A stretch of 64,000 nt of DNA from Eledone cirrhosa (taxonomy: Eukaryota): positions 167,648,001 through 167,712,000 of the forward strand of contig OZ024742.1 in NCBI GenBank assembly GCA_964016885.1, read 5' to 3'. The position numbers were made by a program, and so were the translations under genes. This document shows positions 37,791 through 52,100 of the stretch, one piece after another. Each line of letters begins with the position of its first letter. Position 1 is the first letter of the stretch. Under the pieces are notes generated by a model, which saw nothing but the letters and a program-made list of their open reading frames with translations, was not told the DNA's origin and ran no database searches.

Positions 37791-40700
37791 GTAAAAAAAA
37801 TCAAGGGGAGATAATTTGCAGCCGTCCAAGGGGAGATAATTTTCAGCCGTCCAAGGAGAGGTAATTTCTAGCCGTCCAAGGTGAGATAATATCCAGCCGT
37901 CCAAGGGGAGATAATTTTTAAAAAAAAACAGGCGAAGATAATTTGTAAAAAAAAAATCAGGGGGAGATAATTTGTAAAAAAAAATCAGGGGGAGATAATT
38001 TGTAAAAAAAAATCAGGGGGAGGTAATTTGTAAAAAAAATCAAGGGGAGATAATTTCCAGCCGTCCAAGGGAAGATAATTTCCAGCCCTCCAAGGGGCTA
38101 TAATTTCCAGCGTCCAAGGGGAGATAATTTCCAGCCAGCGAAGGGGAGATAATTTTTTTTTAAAAATCAGGGGGAGATTTGTAAAAAAAATCGGGGGAGA
38201 TAATTTGTAAAAAAAATCAAACGGAGATAATTTCCAGCCGTCCAAAGAGAGATAATTTCTAGCCGTCCAAGGGGAGATAATTTCGAGCCAAGGGGAGATA
38301 ATTTCCAGCCGTCCAAGGGGAGATAATTTTTTAAAAAATCAGGTGGAGATAATTTGTAAAAAAAATCAGAGGGAGATAATTTGTAAAAACAAAATCAAGG
38401 GCAGATAATTTCCAGCTGTCCAAGGGGAGATAATTTCCAGCCGTGCAAGGGGAGATAATTTCCAGCCGTCCAAGGGGAGATAATTTCCATCCTTCCAAGG
38501 GGAGATAATTTCCAGCCGTCCAAGGGGAGATAATTTCCCGCCAGCCAAGGGAAGATAATTTTTTAAAAAATCAGGCGGAGATTGTAAAAAAAATCAGGGG
38601 GAGATAATTTGTAAAAAAATCAGGGGGAGATAATTTGTAAAAAAATCAAGGGGAGATAATTTCCAGCTGTCCAAGGGGAGGTAATATCTAGCCGTCCAAG
38701 GGGAGATAATTTCCAGCCGTCCAAGGGGAGATAATTTCCAGCCGTCCAAGGGTAGATAATATCCAGCCGTCCAAGGAGACATATTTTCCAGCCCTCCAAG
38801 GAGAGGTAATTTCTAGCCGTCCAAGTGGAGATAAATTCCAGCCTCCAAGGGGAGATAATTTCCAGCCAGCCAAGGGGAGATAATTTGTAAAAAAATCAGG
38901 GGGAGATAATTTGTAAAAAAAATCAGGGGGAGATAATTTGTAAAAAAAAATCAGGGGGAGATAATTTGTAAAAAAAATCAGGGGGAGATAATTTGTAAAA
39001 AAAATCAAGGGGAGATAATTTCCAGCCGTCCAAGGGGAGATAATTTTCAGCCGTCCAAGGGGAGATAATTTCCCGCCAGCCAAGGGAAGATAATATTTAA
39101 AAAATGAGGCGGAGATAATTTGTAAAAAAAATCAGGGGGAGATAATTTGTAAAAAAATCAGGGGGAGATAATTTGTAAAAAAAAAATCAGGGGGAGATAA
39201 TTTGTAAAAAAAATCAGGGGGAGATAATTTGTAAAAAAAAATCAGGGGTAGATAATTTGTAAAAAAAAATCAGGGGAAGATAATTTGTAAAAAAAATCAA
39301 GGGGAGATAATTTCCAGCCGTCCAAGGGAAGATAATTTCAAACCCTCCAAGGGGCTATAATTTCCAGTGTCCAAGGGGAGATAATTTCCAGCCAGCGAAG
39401 GGGAGATAATTTTTTTTTAAAAATCAGGGGGAGATTTGTAAAAAAAATCAGGGGGAGATAATTTGTAAAAAAAATCAAGGGGAGATAATTTCCAGCCGTC
39501 GAAGGGAAGATAATTTCCAGCCCTCCAAGGGGCTATAATTTCCAGCGTCCAAGGGGAGATAATTTCCAGCCAGCGAAGGGGAGATGATTTTTTTAAAAAA
39601 ATCATTGGGAGATTTGTAAAAAAAATCAGGGAGAGATAATTTGTAAAAAAAATCAAGGGGAGATAATTTCCAGCCGTCCAAGGGGAGGTAATATCTAGCC
39701 GTCCAAGGGGAGATAATTTCCAGCCGTCCAAGGGGAGATAATTTCCAGCCGTCCAAGGGTAGATAATATCCAGCCGTCCAAGTAGACATTTTCCAGCCGT
39801 CCAAGGAGAGGTAATTTCTAGCCGTCCAAGGGGAGATAAATTCCAGCCTCCAAGGGGAGATAATTTCCAGCCAGCCAAGGGGAGATAATTTGTAAAAAAA
39901 TCAGGGGGAGATAATTTGTAAAAAAATCAGGGGGAGATAATTTGTAAAAAAAAATCAGGGGGAGATAATTTGTAAAAAAAAATCAGGGGGAGATAATTTG
40001 TAAAAAAAAATCAGGGGGAGATAATTTGTAAAAAAAATCAAGGGGAGATAATTTCCAGCCGTCCAAGGGGAGATAATTTTCAGCCGTCCAAGGGGAGATA
40101 ATTTCCAGCCGTCCAAGGGGAGATAATTTCCATCCTTCCAAGGGGAGATAATTTCCAGCCGTCCAAGGGGAGATAATTTCCCGCCAGCCAAGGGAAGATA
40201 ATTTTTAAAAAAATCAGGCGGAGATTGTAAAAAAAATCAGTGGGAGATAATTTGTAAAAAAATCAGGGGGAGATAATTTGTAAAAAAAAAATCAGGGGGA
40301 GACAATTTGTAAAAAAAATCAGGGGGAAATAATTTGTAAAAAAAAATCAAGGGGAGATAATTTGTACAAAAAATCAGGGGTATATAATTTGTAAAAAAAA
40401 TCAGGGGGAGATAATTTGTAAAAAAAAATCAGGGGGAGATAAATTGTAAAAAAAATCAAGGGGAGATAATTTGCAGCCGTCCAAGGGGAGATAATTTTCA
40501 GCCGTCCAAGGAGAGGTAATTTCTAGCCGTCCAAGGTGAGATAATATCCAGCCGTCCAAGGGGAGATAATTTTTTTAAAAAAACAGGCGAAGATAATTTG
40601 TAAAAAAAAAATCAGGGGGAGATAATTTGTAAAAAAAAATCAGGGGGAGATAATTTGTAAAAAAAAATCAGGGGGAGGTAATTTGTAAAAAAAATCAAGG

Positions 40701-41049
40701 GGAGATAATTTCCAGCCGTCCAAGGGAAGATAATTTCCAGCCCTCCAAGGGGCTATAATTTCCAGCGTCCAAGGGGAGATAATTTCCAGCCAGCGAAGGG
40801 GAGATAATTTTTTTTTTTTAAATCAGGGGAACATAATTTGTAAAAAAAATCAGGGGGAGATAATTTGTAAAAAAAATCAAGGGGAGATAATTTGTAAAAA
40901 AAAATCAGGGGGAGATAATTTGTAAAAAAAAATCAAGGGGAGATAATTTCCAGCCGTCCAAGGGGAGATAATTTTCAGCCGTCCAAGGGGAGATAATTTC
41001 CCGCCAGCCAAGGAAAGATAATATTTAAAAAAATCAGGCGGAGATAATT

Positions 41050-43730
41050 TGTAAAAAAAATCAGGGGGAGATAATTTGTAAAAAAATCAGGGGGAGATAA
41101 TTTGTAAAAAAAAAATCAGGGGTAGATAATTTGTAAAAAAAAATCAGGGGGAGATAATTTGTAGCCGTCCAAGGGGAGATAATTTTCAGCCGTCCAAGGA
41201 GAGGTAATTTCTAGACGTCCAAGGGGAGATAATTTCCAGCCGTCCAAGGGGAGATAATTTCCAGCCGTCCAAGGGTAGATAATATCCAGCCGTCCAAGGA
41301 GACATATTTTCCAGCTTTCCAAGGAGAGGTAATTTCTATCCGTCCAAGGGGAGATAAATTCCAGCCTCCAAGGGGAGATAATTTCCAGCCAGCCAAGGGA
41401 AGGAAATATTTAAAAAAATCAGGCGGAGATAATTTGTAAAAAAAATCAGGGGGAGATAATTTGTAAAAAAATCAGGGGGAGATAATTTGTAAAAAAAAAA
41501 TCAGGGGGAGATAATTTGTAAAAAAAAATCAGGGGTAGATGATTTGTAAAAAAAAATCAGGGGGAGATAATTTGTAAAAAAAAATCAGGGGGAGATAATT
41601 TGTAAAAAAAATCAAGGGGAGATAATTTCCAGCCGTCCAAGGAGAGATAATTTTAAAAAAAAATCAGGCGGAGATAATTTGTAAAAAAAATCAAGGGGAG
41701 ATAATTTGTAAAAAAAAATCAGGGGGAGATAAATTGTAAAAAAAATCAAGGGGAGATAATTTCCAGCCGTCCAAGGGAAGATAATTTCCAGCACTCCAAG
41801 GGGCTATAATTTCCAGTGTCCAAGGGGAGATAATTTCCAGCCAGCGAAGGGGAGATAATTTTTTTAAAAAAATCAGGGGGAGATATGTAAAAAAAATCAG
41901 AGGGAGATAATTTCCAGCCGTCCAAAGAGAGATAATTTCTAGCCGTCCAAGGGGAGAAAATTTCCAGCCAAGGGGAGATAATTTCCAGCCGTCCAAGGGG
42001 AGATAATTTTTTAAAAAATCAGGGGGAGATAATTTGTAAAAACAAAATCAAGGGCAGATAATTTCCAGCTGTCCAAGGGGAGATAGTTTCCAGCCGTGCA
42101 AGGGGAGATAATTTCCAGCCGTCCAAGGGGAGATAATTTCCATACTTCCAAGGGGAGATAATTTCCAGCCGTCCAAGGGGAGATAATTTCCCGCCAGCCA
42201 AGGGAAGATAATTTGTAAAAAAATCAGGGGGAGATAATTTGTAAAAAAAAAATCAGGGGGAGATAATTTGTAAAAAAAAAATCAGGGGTAGATAATTTGT
42301 AAAAAAAATCAGGGGGAGATAATTTGTAAAAAAATCAGGGGGAGATAATTTGTAAAAAAAAAATCAGGGGTAGATAATTTGTAAAAAAAAATCAGGGGGA
42401 GATAATTTGTAGCCGTCCAAGGGGAGATAATTTTCAGCCGTCCAAGGAGAGGTAATTTCTAGACGTCCAAGGGGAGATAATTTCCAGCCGTCCAAGGGGA
42501 GATAATTTCCAGCCGTCCAAGGGTAGATAATATCCAGCCGTCCAAGGAGACATATTTTCCAGCTTTCCAAGGAGAGGTAATTTCTATCCGTCCAAGGGGA
42601 GATAAATTCCAGCCTCCAAGGGGAGATAATTTCCAGCCAGCCAAGGGAAGGAAATATTTAAAAAAATCAGGCGGAGATAATTTGTAAAAAAAATCAGGGG
42701 GAGATAATTTGTAAAAAAATTAGGGGGAGATAATTTGTAAAAAAAAAATCAGGGGGAGATAATTTGTAAAAAAAAATCAGGGGTAGATGATTTGTAAAAA
42801 AAAATCAGGGGGAGATAATTTGTAAAAAAAAATCAGGGGGAGATAATTTGTAAAAAAAATCAAGGGGAGATAATTTCCAGCCGTCCAAGGAGAGATAATT
42901 TTTAAAAAAAATCAGGCGGAGATAATTTGTAAAAAAAATCAAGGGGAGATAATTTGTAAAAAAAAATCAGGGGGAGATAATTTGTAAAAAAAATCAAGGG
43001 GAGATAATTTCCAGCCGTCCAAGGGAAGATAATTTCCAGCACTCCAAGGGGCTATAATTTCCAGTGTCCAAGGGGAGATAATTTCCAGCCAGCGAAGGGG
43101 AGATAATTTTTTTAAAAAAATCAGGGGGAGATATGTAAAAAAAATCAGAGGGAGATAATTTCCAGCCGTCCAAAGAGAGATAATTTCTAGCCGTCCAAGG
43201 GGAGAAAATTTCCAGCCAAGGGGAGATAATTTCCAGCCGTCCAAGGGGAGATAATTTTTTAAAAAATCAGGGGGAGATAATTTGTAAAAACAAAATCAAG
43301 GGCAGATAATTTCCAGCTGTCCAAGGGGAGATAGTTTCCAGCCGTGCAAGGGGAGATAATTTCCAGCCGTCCAAGGGGAGATAATTTCCATACTTCCAAG
43401 GGGAGATAATTTCCAGCCGTCCAAGGGGAGATAATTTCCCGCCAGCCAAGGGAAGATAATTTGTAAAAAAATCAGGGGGAGATAATTTGTAAAAAAAAAA
43501 TCAGGGGGAGATAATTTGTAAAAAAAAAATCAGGGGTAGATAATTTGTTAAAAAATCAGGGGGAGATAATTTGTAAAAAAATCAGGGGGAGATAATTTGT
43601 AAAAAAAAAATCAGGGGTAGATAATTTGTAAAAAAAAATCAGGGGGAAATAATTTGTAGCCGTCCAAGGGGAGATAATTTTCAGCCGTCCAAGGAGAGGT
43701 AATTTCTAGACGTCCAAGGGGAGATAATTT
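41050..43730 (+). repeat. Tandem 1248-bp higher-order unit, about 2.1 copies; recopied at ~46040-47700 (offset 3821 from 42220)
   Basis: ORFs 41116/42364/46185, 41691/42939/46760 and 42019/43267/47088. A third partial copy starts at 43612. Confidence 0.9.
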
Positions 43731-43869
43731 CCAGCCAGCCAAGGGGAGATAATTTGTAAAAAAATCAGGGGGAGATAATTTGTAAAAAAAATCAGGGGGA
43801 GATAATTTGTAAAAAAAAATCAGGGGGAGATAATTTGTAAAAAAAAATCAGGGGGAGATAATTTGTAAA

Positions 43870-46040
43870 AAAAAATCAGGGGGAGATAATTTCCAGCCGT
43901 CCAAGGGGAGATAATTTTCAGCCGTCCAAGGGTAGATAATATCCAGCCGTCCAAGTAGACATTTTCCAGCCGTCCAAGGAGAGGTAATTTCTAGCCGTCC
44001 AAGGGGAGATAAATTCCAGCCTCCAAGGGAAGATAATTTCCAGCCAGCCAAGGGGAGATAATTTGTAAAAAAATCAGGGGGAGATAATTTGTAAAAAAAA
44101 TCAGGGGGAGATAATTTGTAAAAAAAAATCAGGGGGAGATAATTTGTAAAAAAAAATCAGGGGGAGATAATTTGTAAAAAAAATCAAGGGGAGATAATTT
44201 CCAGCCGTCCAAGGGGAGATAATTTTCAGCCGTCCAAGGGGAGATAATTTCCAGCCGTCCAAGGGGAGATAATTTCCATCCTTCCAAGGGGAGATAATTT
44301 CCAGCCGTCCAAGGGGAGATAATTTTCAGCCGTCCAAGGGGAGATAATTTCCAGCCGTCCAAGGGGAGATAATTTCCAGCCGTCCAAGGGGAAATAATTT
44401 TTTTAAAAAAATCAGGCGGAGATAATTTGTAAAAAAAATCAGGGGGAGATAATTTGTAAAAAAAAATCAGGGGGAGATAATTTGTAAAAAAAAATCAGGG
44501 GGAGATAATTTCCAGCCGTCCAAGGTAAGATAATTTCCAGCCCTCCAAGGGGCTATAATTTCCAGCATCCAAGGGGAGATAATTTCCAGCCGTCCAAGGG
44601 TAGATAATATCCAGCCGTCCAAGTAGACATATTTTCCAGCCGTCCAAGGAGAGGTAATTTCTAGCCGTCCAAGGGGAGATAAATTCCAGCCTCCAAGGGG
44701 AGATAATTTAGAGCCAGCCAAGGGGAGATAATTTGTAAAAAAATCAGGGGGAGATAATTTGTAAAAAAAATCAGGGGGAGATAATTTGTAAAAAAAAATC
44801 AGGGGGAGATAATTTGTAAAAAAAAATTAGGGGGAGATAATTTGTAAAAAAAATCAGGGGGAGATAATTTCCAGCCGTCCAAGGGGAGATAATTTTCAGC
44901 CGTCCAAGGGTAGATAATATCCAGCCGTCCAAGTAGACATTTTCCAGCCGTCCAAGGAGAGGTAATTTCTAGCCGTCCAAGGGGAGATAAATTCCAGCCT
45001 CCAAGGGGAGATAATTTCCAGCCAGCCAAGGGGAGATAATTTGTAAAAAAATCAGGGGGAGATAATTTGTAAAAAAAAATCAGGGGGAGATAATTTGTAA
45101 AAAAAAATCAGGGGGAGATAATTTGTAAAAAAAAATCAGGGGGAGATAATTTGTAAAAAAAATCAAGGGGAGATAATTTCCAGCCGTCCAAGGGGAGATA
45201 ATTTTCAGCCGTCCAAGGGGAGATAATTTCCAGCCGTCCAAGGGGAGATAATTTCCATCCTTCCAAGGGGAGATAATTTCCAGCCGTCCAAGGGGAGATA
45301 ATTTTCAGTCGTCCAAGGGGAGATAATTTCCCGCCAGCCAAGGGAAGATAATATTTTTAAAAATCAGGCGGAGATAATTTGTAAAAAAAATCAGGGGGAG
45401 ATAATTTGTAAAAAAATCAGGGGGAGATAATTTGTAAAAAAAAAATCAGGGGGAGATAATTTGTAAAAAAAATCAGGGGGAGATAATTTGTAAAAAAAAA
45501 ATCAGGGGTAGATAATTTGTAAAAAAAAATCAGGGGGAGATAATTTGTAAAAAAAAAATCAGGGGGAGATAATTTGTAAAAAAATCAGGGGGAGATAATT
45601 TGTAAAAAAAAATCAGGGGGAGATAATTTCCAGCCGTCCAAGGGGAGATAATTTTCAGCCGTCCAAGGGGAGATAATTTCCCGCCAGCCAAGGGAAGATA
45701 ATATTTAAAAAAATCAGGCGGAGATAATTTGTAAAAAAAATCAGGGGGAGATAATTTGTAAAAAAATCAGGGGGAGATAATTTGTAAAAAAAATCAAGGG
45801 GAGATAATTTCCAGCCGTCCAAGGGGAGGTAATATCTAGCCGTCCAAGGGGAGATAATTTCCAGCCGTCCAACAGGAGATAATTTCCAGCCGTCCAAGGG
45901 TAGATAATATCCAGCCGTCCAAGGAGACATATTTTCCAGCCGTCCAAGGAGAGGTAATTTCTAGCCGTCCAAGGGGAGATAAATTCCAGCCTCCAAGGGG
46001 AGATAATTTCCAGCCAGCCAAGGGGAGATAATTTGTAAAA
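43870..46040 (+). repeat. Duplicate of ~26480-28650 (offset ~17391); further related copies at ~30200-32400 and ~47640-49250
   Basis: ORF sets 27076/30815/44467/47642, 27718/45108/48284 and 28265/31817/45655/48831. Markers AAGGTAAGAT..CAGCATCC and CCAACAGGAG. Confidence 0.88.
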
Positions 46041-49000
46041 AAAATCAGGGGGAGATAATTTGTAAAAAAAAAATCAGGGGGAGATAATTTGTAAAAAAAA
46101 AATCAGGGGTAGATAATTTGTAAAAAAAATCAGGGGGAGATAATTTGTAAAAAAATCAGGGGGAGATAATTTGTAAAAAAAAAATCAGGGGTAGATAATT
46201 TGTAAAAAAAAATCAGGGGGAGATAATTTGTAGCCGTCCAAGGGGAGATAATTTTCAGCCGTCCAAGGAGAGGTAATTTCTAGACGTCCAAGGGGAGATA
46301 ATTTCCAGCCGTCCAAGGGGAGATAATTTCCAGCCGTCCAAGGGTAGATAATATCCAGCCGTCCAAGGAGACATATTTTCCAGCTTTCCAAGGAGAGGTA
46401 ATTTCTATCCGTCCAAGGGGAGATAAATTCCAGCCTCCAAGGGGAGATAATTTCCAGCCAGCCAAGGGAAGGAAATATTTAAAAAAATCAGGCGGAGATA
46501 ATTTGTAAAAAAAATCAGGGGGAGATAATTTGTAAAAAAATCAGGGGGAGATAATTTGTAAAAAAAAAATCAGGGGGAGATAATTTGTAAAAAAAAATCA
46601 GGGGTAGATGATTTGTAAAAAAAAATCAGGGGGAGATAATTTGTAAAAAAAAATCAGGGGGAGATAATTTGTAAAAAAAATCAAGGGGAGATAATTTCCA
46701 GCCGTCCAAGGAGAGATAATTTTTAAAAAAAATCAGGCGGAGATAATTTGTAAAAAAAATCAAGGGGAGATAATTTGTAAAAAAAAATCAGGGGGAGATA
46801 ATTTGTAAAAAAAATCAAGGGGAGATAATTTCCAGCCGTCCAAGGGAAGATAATTTCCAGCACTCCAAGGGGCTATAATTTCCAGTGTCCAAGGGGAGAT
46901 AATTTCCAGCCAGCGAAGGGGAGATAATTTTTTTAAAAAAATCAGGGGGAGATATGTAAAAAAAATCAGAGGGAGATAATTTCCAGCCGTCCAAAGAGAG
47001 ATAATTTCTAGCCGTCCAAGGGGAGAAAATTTCCAGCCAAGGGGAGATAATTTCCAGCCGTCCAAGGGGAGATAATTTTTTAAAAAATCAGGGGGAGATA
47101 ATTTGTAAAAACAAAATCAAGGGCAGATAATTTCCAGCTGTCCAAGGGGAGATAGTTTCCAGCCGTGCAAGGGGAGATAATTTCCAGCCGTCCAAGGGGA
47201 GATAATTTCCATACTTCCAAGGGGAGATAATTTCCAGCCGTCCAAGGGGAGATAATTTCCCGCCAGCCAAGGGAAGATAATTTGTAAAAAAATCAGGGGG
47301 AGATAATTTGTAAAAAAAAAATCAGGGGGAGATAATTTGTAAAAAAAAAATCAGGGGTAGATAATTTGTAAAAAAAATCAGGGGGAGATAATTTGTAAAA
47401 AAATCAGGGGGAGATAATTTGTAAAAAAAAAATCAGGGGTAGATAATTTGTAAAAAAAAATCAGGGGGAGATAATTTGTAGCCGTCCAAGGGGAGATAAT
47501 TTTCAGCCGTCCAAGGAGAGGTAATTTCTAGACGTCCAAGGGGAGATAATTTCCAGCCAGCCAAGGGGAGATAATTTGTAAAAAAATCAGGGGGAGATAA
47601 TTTGTAAAAAAAATCAGGGGGAGATAATTTGTAAAAAAAAATCAGGGGGAGATAATTTGTAAAAAAAAATCAGGGGGAGATAATTTCCAGCCGTCCAAGG
47701 TAAGATAATTTCCAGCCCTCCAAGGGGCTATAATTTCCAGCATCCAAGGGGAGATAATTTCCAGCCGTCCAAGGGTAGATAATATCCAGCCGTCCAAGTA
47801 GACATATTTTCCAGCCGTCCAAGGAGAGGTAATTTCTAGCCGTCCAAGGGGAGATAAATTCCAGCCTCCAAGGGGAGATAATTTCCAGCCAGCCAAGGGG
47901 AGATAATTTGTAAAAAAATCAGGGGGAGATAATTTGTAAAAAAAATCAGGGGGAGATAATTTGTAAAAAAAAATCAGGGGGAGATAATTTGTAAAAAAAA
48001 ATTAGGGGGAGATAATTTGTAAAAAAAAATCAGGGGGAGATAATTTCCAGCCGTCCAAGGGGAGATAATTTTCAGCCGTCCAAGGGTAGATAATATCCAG
48101 CCGTCCAAGTAGACATTTTCCAGCCGTCCAAGGAGAGGTAATTTCTAGCCGTCCAAGGGGAGATAAATTCCAGCCTCCAAGGGGAGATAATTTCCAGCCA
48201 GCCAAGGGGAGATAATTTGTAAAAAAATCAGGGGGAGATAATTTGTAAAAAAAAATCAGGGGGAGATAATTTGTAAAAAAAAATCAGGGGGAGATAATTT
48301 GTAAAAAAAAATCAGGGGGAGATAATTTGTAAAAAAAATCAAGGGGAGATAATTTCCAGCCGTCCAAGGGGAGATAATTTTCAGCCGTCCAAGGGGAGAT
48401 AATTTCCAGCCGTCCAAGGGGAGATAATTTCCATCCTTCCAAGGGGAGATAATTTCCAGCCGTCCAAGGGGAGATAATTTTCAGTCGTCCAAGGGGAGAT
48501 AATTTCCCGCCAGCCAAGGGAAGATAATATTTTTAAAAATCAGGCGGAGATAATTTGTAAAAAAAATCAGGGGGAGATAATTTGTAAAAAAATCAGGGGG
48601 AGATAATTAGTAAAAAAAAAATCAGGGGGAGATAATTTGTAAAAAAAATCAGGGGGAGATAATTTGTAAAAAAAAAATCAGGGGTAGATAATTTGTAAAA
48701 AAAAATCAGGGGGAGATAATTTGTAAAAAAAAAATCAGGGGGAGATAATTTGTAAAAAAATCAGGGGGAGATAATTTGTAAAAAAAAATCAGGGGGAGAT
48801 AATTTCCAGCCGTCCAAGGGGAGATAATTTTCAGCCGTCCAAGGGGAGATAATTTCCCGCCAGCCAAGGGAAGATAATATTTAAAAAAATCAGGCGGAGA
48901 TAATTTGTAAAAAAAATCAGGGGGAGATAATTTGTAAAAAAATCAGGGGGAGATAATTTGTAAAAAAAATCAAGGGGAGATAATTTCCAGCCGTCCAAGG

Positions 49001-49199
49001 GGAGGTAATATCTAGCCGTCCAAGGGGAGATAATTTCCAGCCGTCCAACAGGAGATAATTTCCAGCCGTCCAAGGGTAGATAATATCCAGCCGTCCAAGG
49101 AGACATATTTTCCAGCCGTCCAAGGAGAGGTAATTTCTAGCCGTCCAAGGGGAGATAAATTCCAGCCTCCAAGGGGAGATAATTTCCAGCCAGCCAAGG

Positions 49200-52100
49200 G
49201 GAGATAATTTGTAAAAAAAATCAGGGGGAGATAATTTGTAAAAAAAATCAGGGGGAGATAATTTGTAAAAAAAATCAGGGGGAGATAATTTGTAAAAAAA
49301 AATCAGGGGGAGATAATTTGTAAAAAAAATCAGGGGGAGATAATTTGTAAAAAAAATCAAGGGGAGATAATTTCCAGCCGTCCAAGGGGAGATAATTTTC
49401 AGCCGTCCAAGGGGAGATAATTTCCCGCCAGCCAAGGGAAGATAATATTTAAAAAATGAGGCGGAGATAATTTGTAAAAAAATCAGGGGGAGATAATTTG
49501 TAAAAAAAAAATCAGGGGGAGATAATTTGTAAAAAAAATCAGGGGGAGATAATTTGTAAAAAAAAATCAGGGGTAGATAATTTGTAAAAAAAAATCAGGG
49601 GGAGATAATTTGTAAAAAAAATCAAGGGGAGATAATTTCCAGCCGTCCAAGGGAAGATAATTTCAAGCCCTCCAAGGGGCTATAATTTCCAGTGTCCAAG
49701 GGGAGATAATTTCCAGCCAGCGAAGGGGAGATAATTTTTTTTAAAAATCAGGGGGAGATTTGTAAAAAAAATCAGGGGGAGATAATTTGTAAAAAAAATC
49801 AAGGGGAGATAATTTCCAGCCGTCGAAGGGAAGATAATTTCCAGCCCTCCAAGGGGCTATAATTTCCAGCGTCCAAGGGGAGATAATTTCCAGCCAGCGA
49901 AGGGGAGATGATTTTTTTAAAAAAATCATTGGGAGATTTGTAAAAAAAATCAGGGAGAGATAATTTGTAAAAAAAATCAAGGGGAGATAATTTCCAGCCG
50001 TCCAAGGGGAGGTAATATCTAGCCGTCCAAGGGGAGATAATTTCCAGCCGTCCAAGGGGAGATAATTTCCAGCCGTCCAAGGGTAGATAATATCCAGCCG
50101 TCCAAGTAGACATTTTCCAGCCGTCCAAGGAGAGGTAATTTCTAGCCGTCCAAGGGGAGATAAATTCCAGCCTCCAAGGGGAGATAATTTCCAGCCAGCC
50201 AAGGGGAGATAATTTGTAAAAAAATCAGGGGGAGATAATTTGTAAAAAAATCAGGGGGAGATAATTTGTAAAAAAAAATCAGGGGGAGATAATTTGTAAA
50301 AAAAAATCAGGGGGAGATAATTTGTAAAAAAAAATCAGGGGGAGATAATTTGTAAAAAAAATCAAGGGGAGATAATTTCCAGCCGTCCAAGGGGAGATAA
50401 TTTTCAGCCGTCCAAGGGGAGATAATTTCCAGCCGTCCAAGGGGAGATAATTTCCATCCTTCCAAGGGGAGATAATTTCCAGCCGTCCAAGGGGAGATAA
50501 TTTCCCGCCAGCCAAGGTAAGATAATTTTTAAAAAAATCAGGCGGAGATTGTAAAAAAAATCAGGGGGAGATAATTTGTAAAAAAATCAGGGGGAGATAA
50601 TTTGTAAAAAAAAAATCAGGGGGAGACAATTTGTAAAAAAAATCAGGGGGAAATAATTTGTAAAAAAAAATCAAGGGGAGATAATTTGTACAAAAAATCA
50701 GGGGTATATAATTTGTAAAAAAAATCAGGGGGAGATAATTTGTAAAAAAAAATCAGGGGGAGATAATTTGTAAAAAAAATCAAGGGGAGATAATTTGCAG
50801 CCGTCCAAGGGGAGATAATTTTAAGCCGTCCAAGGAGAGGTAATTTCTAGCCGTCCAAGGTGAGATAATATCCAGCCGTCCAAGGGGAGATAATTTGTAA
50901 AAAAAAACAGGCGAAGATAATTTGTAAAAAAAAAATCAGGGGGAGATAATTTGTAAAAAAAAATCAGGGGGAGATAATTTGTAAAAAAAAATCAGGGGGA
51001 GGTAATTTGTAAAAAAAATCAAGGGGAGATAATTTCCAGCCGTCCAAGGGAAGATAATTTCCAGCCCTCCAAGGGGCTATAATTTCCAGCGTCCAAGGGG
51101 AGATAATTTCCAGCCAGCGAAGGGGAGATAATTTTTTTTTTTTTAAATCAGGGGAACATAATTTGTAAAAAAAATCAGGAGGAGATAATTTGTAAAAAAA
51201 ATCAAGGGGAGATAATTTGTAAAAAAAAATCAGGGGGAGATAATTTGTAAAAAAAAATCAGGGGGAGATAATTTGTAAAAAAAATCAAGGGGAGATAATT
51301 TGTAAAAAAAAATCAAGGGGAGATAATTTCCAGCCGTCCAAGGGGAGATAATTTTCAGCCGTCCAAGGGGAGATAATTTCCCGCCAGCCAAGGAAAGATA
51401 ATATTTAAAAAAATCAGGCGGAGATAATTTGTAAAAAAAATCAGGGGGAGATAATTTGTAAAAAAATCAGGGGGAGATAATTTGTAAAAAAAAAATCAGG
51501 GGGAGATAATTTGTAAAAAAAAATCAGGGGGAGATAATTTGTAGCCGTCCAAGGGGAGATAATTTTCAGCCGTCCAAGGAGAGGTAATTTCTAGACGTCC
51601 AAGGGGAGATAATTTCCAGCCGTCCAAGGGGAGATAATTTCCAGCCGTCCAAGGGTAGATAATATCCAGCCGTCCAAGGAGACATATTTTCCAGCTTTCC
51701 AAGGAGAGGTAATTTCTATCCGTCCAAGGGGAGATAAATTCCAGCCTCCAAGGGGAGATAATTTCCAGCCAGCCAAGGGAAGGAAATATTTAAAAAAATC
51801 AGGCGGAGATAATTTGTAAAAAAAATCAGGGGGAGATAATTTGTAAAAAAATCAGGGGGAGATAATTTGTAAAAAAAAAATCAGGGGGAGATAATTTGTA
51901 AAAAAAAATCAGGGGTAGATGATTTGTAAAAAAAAATCAGGGGGAGATAATTTGTAAAAAAAAATCAGGGGGAGATAATTTGTAAAAAAAATCAAGGGGA
52001 GATAATTTCCAGCCGTCCAAGGAGAGATAATTTTAAAAAAAAATCAGGCGGAGATAATTTGTAAAAAAAATCAAGGGGAGATAATTTGTAAAAAAAAATC

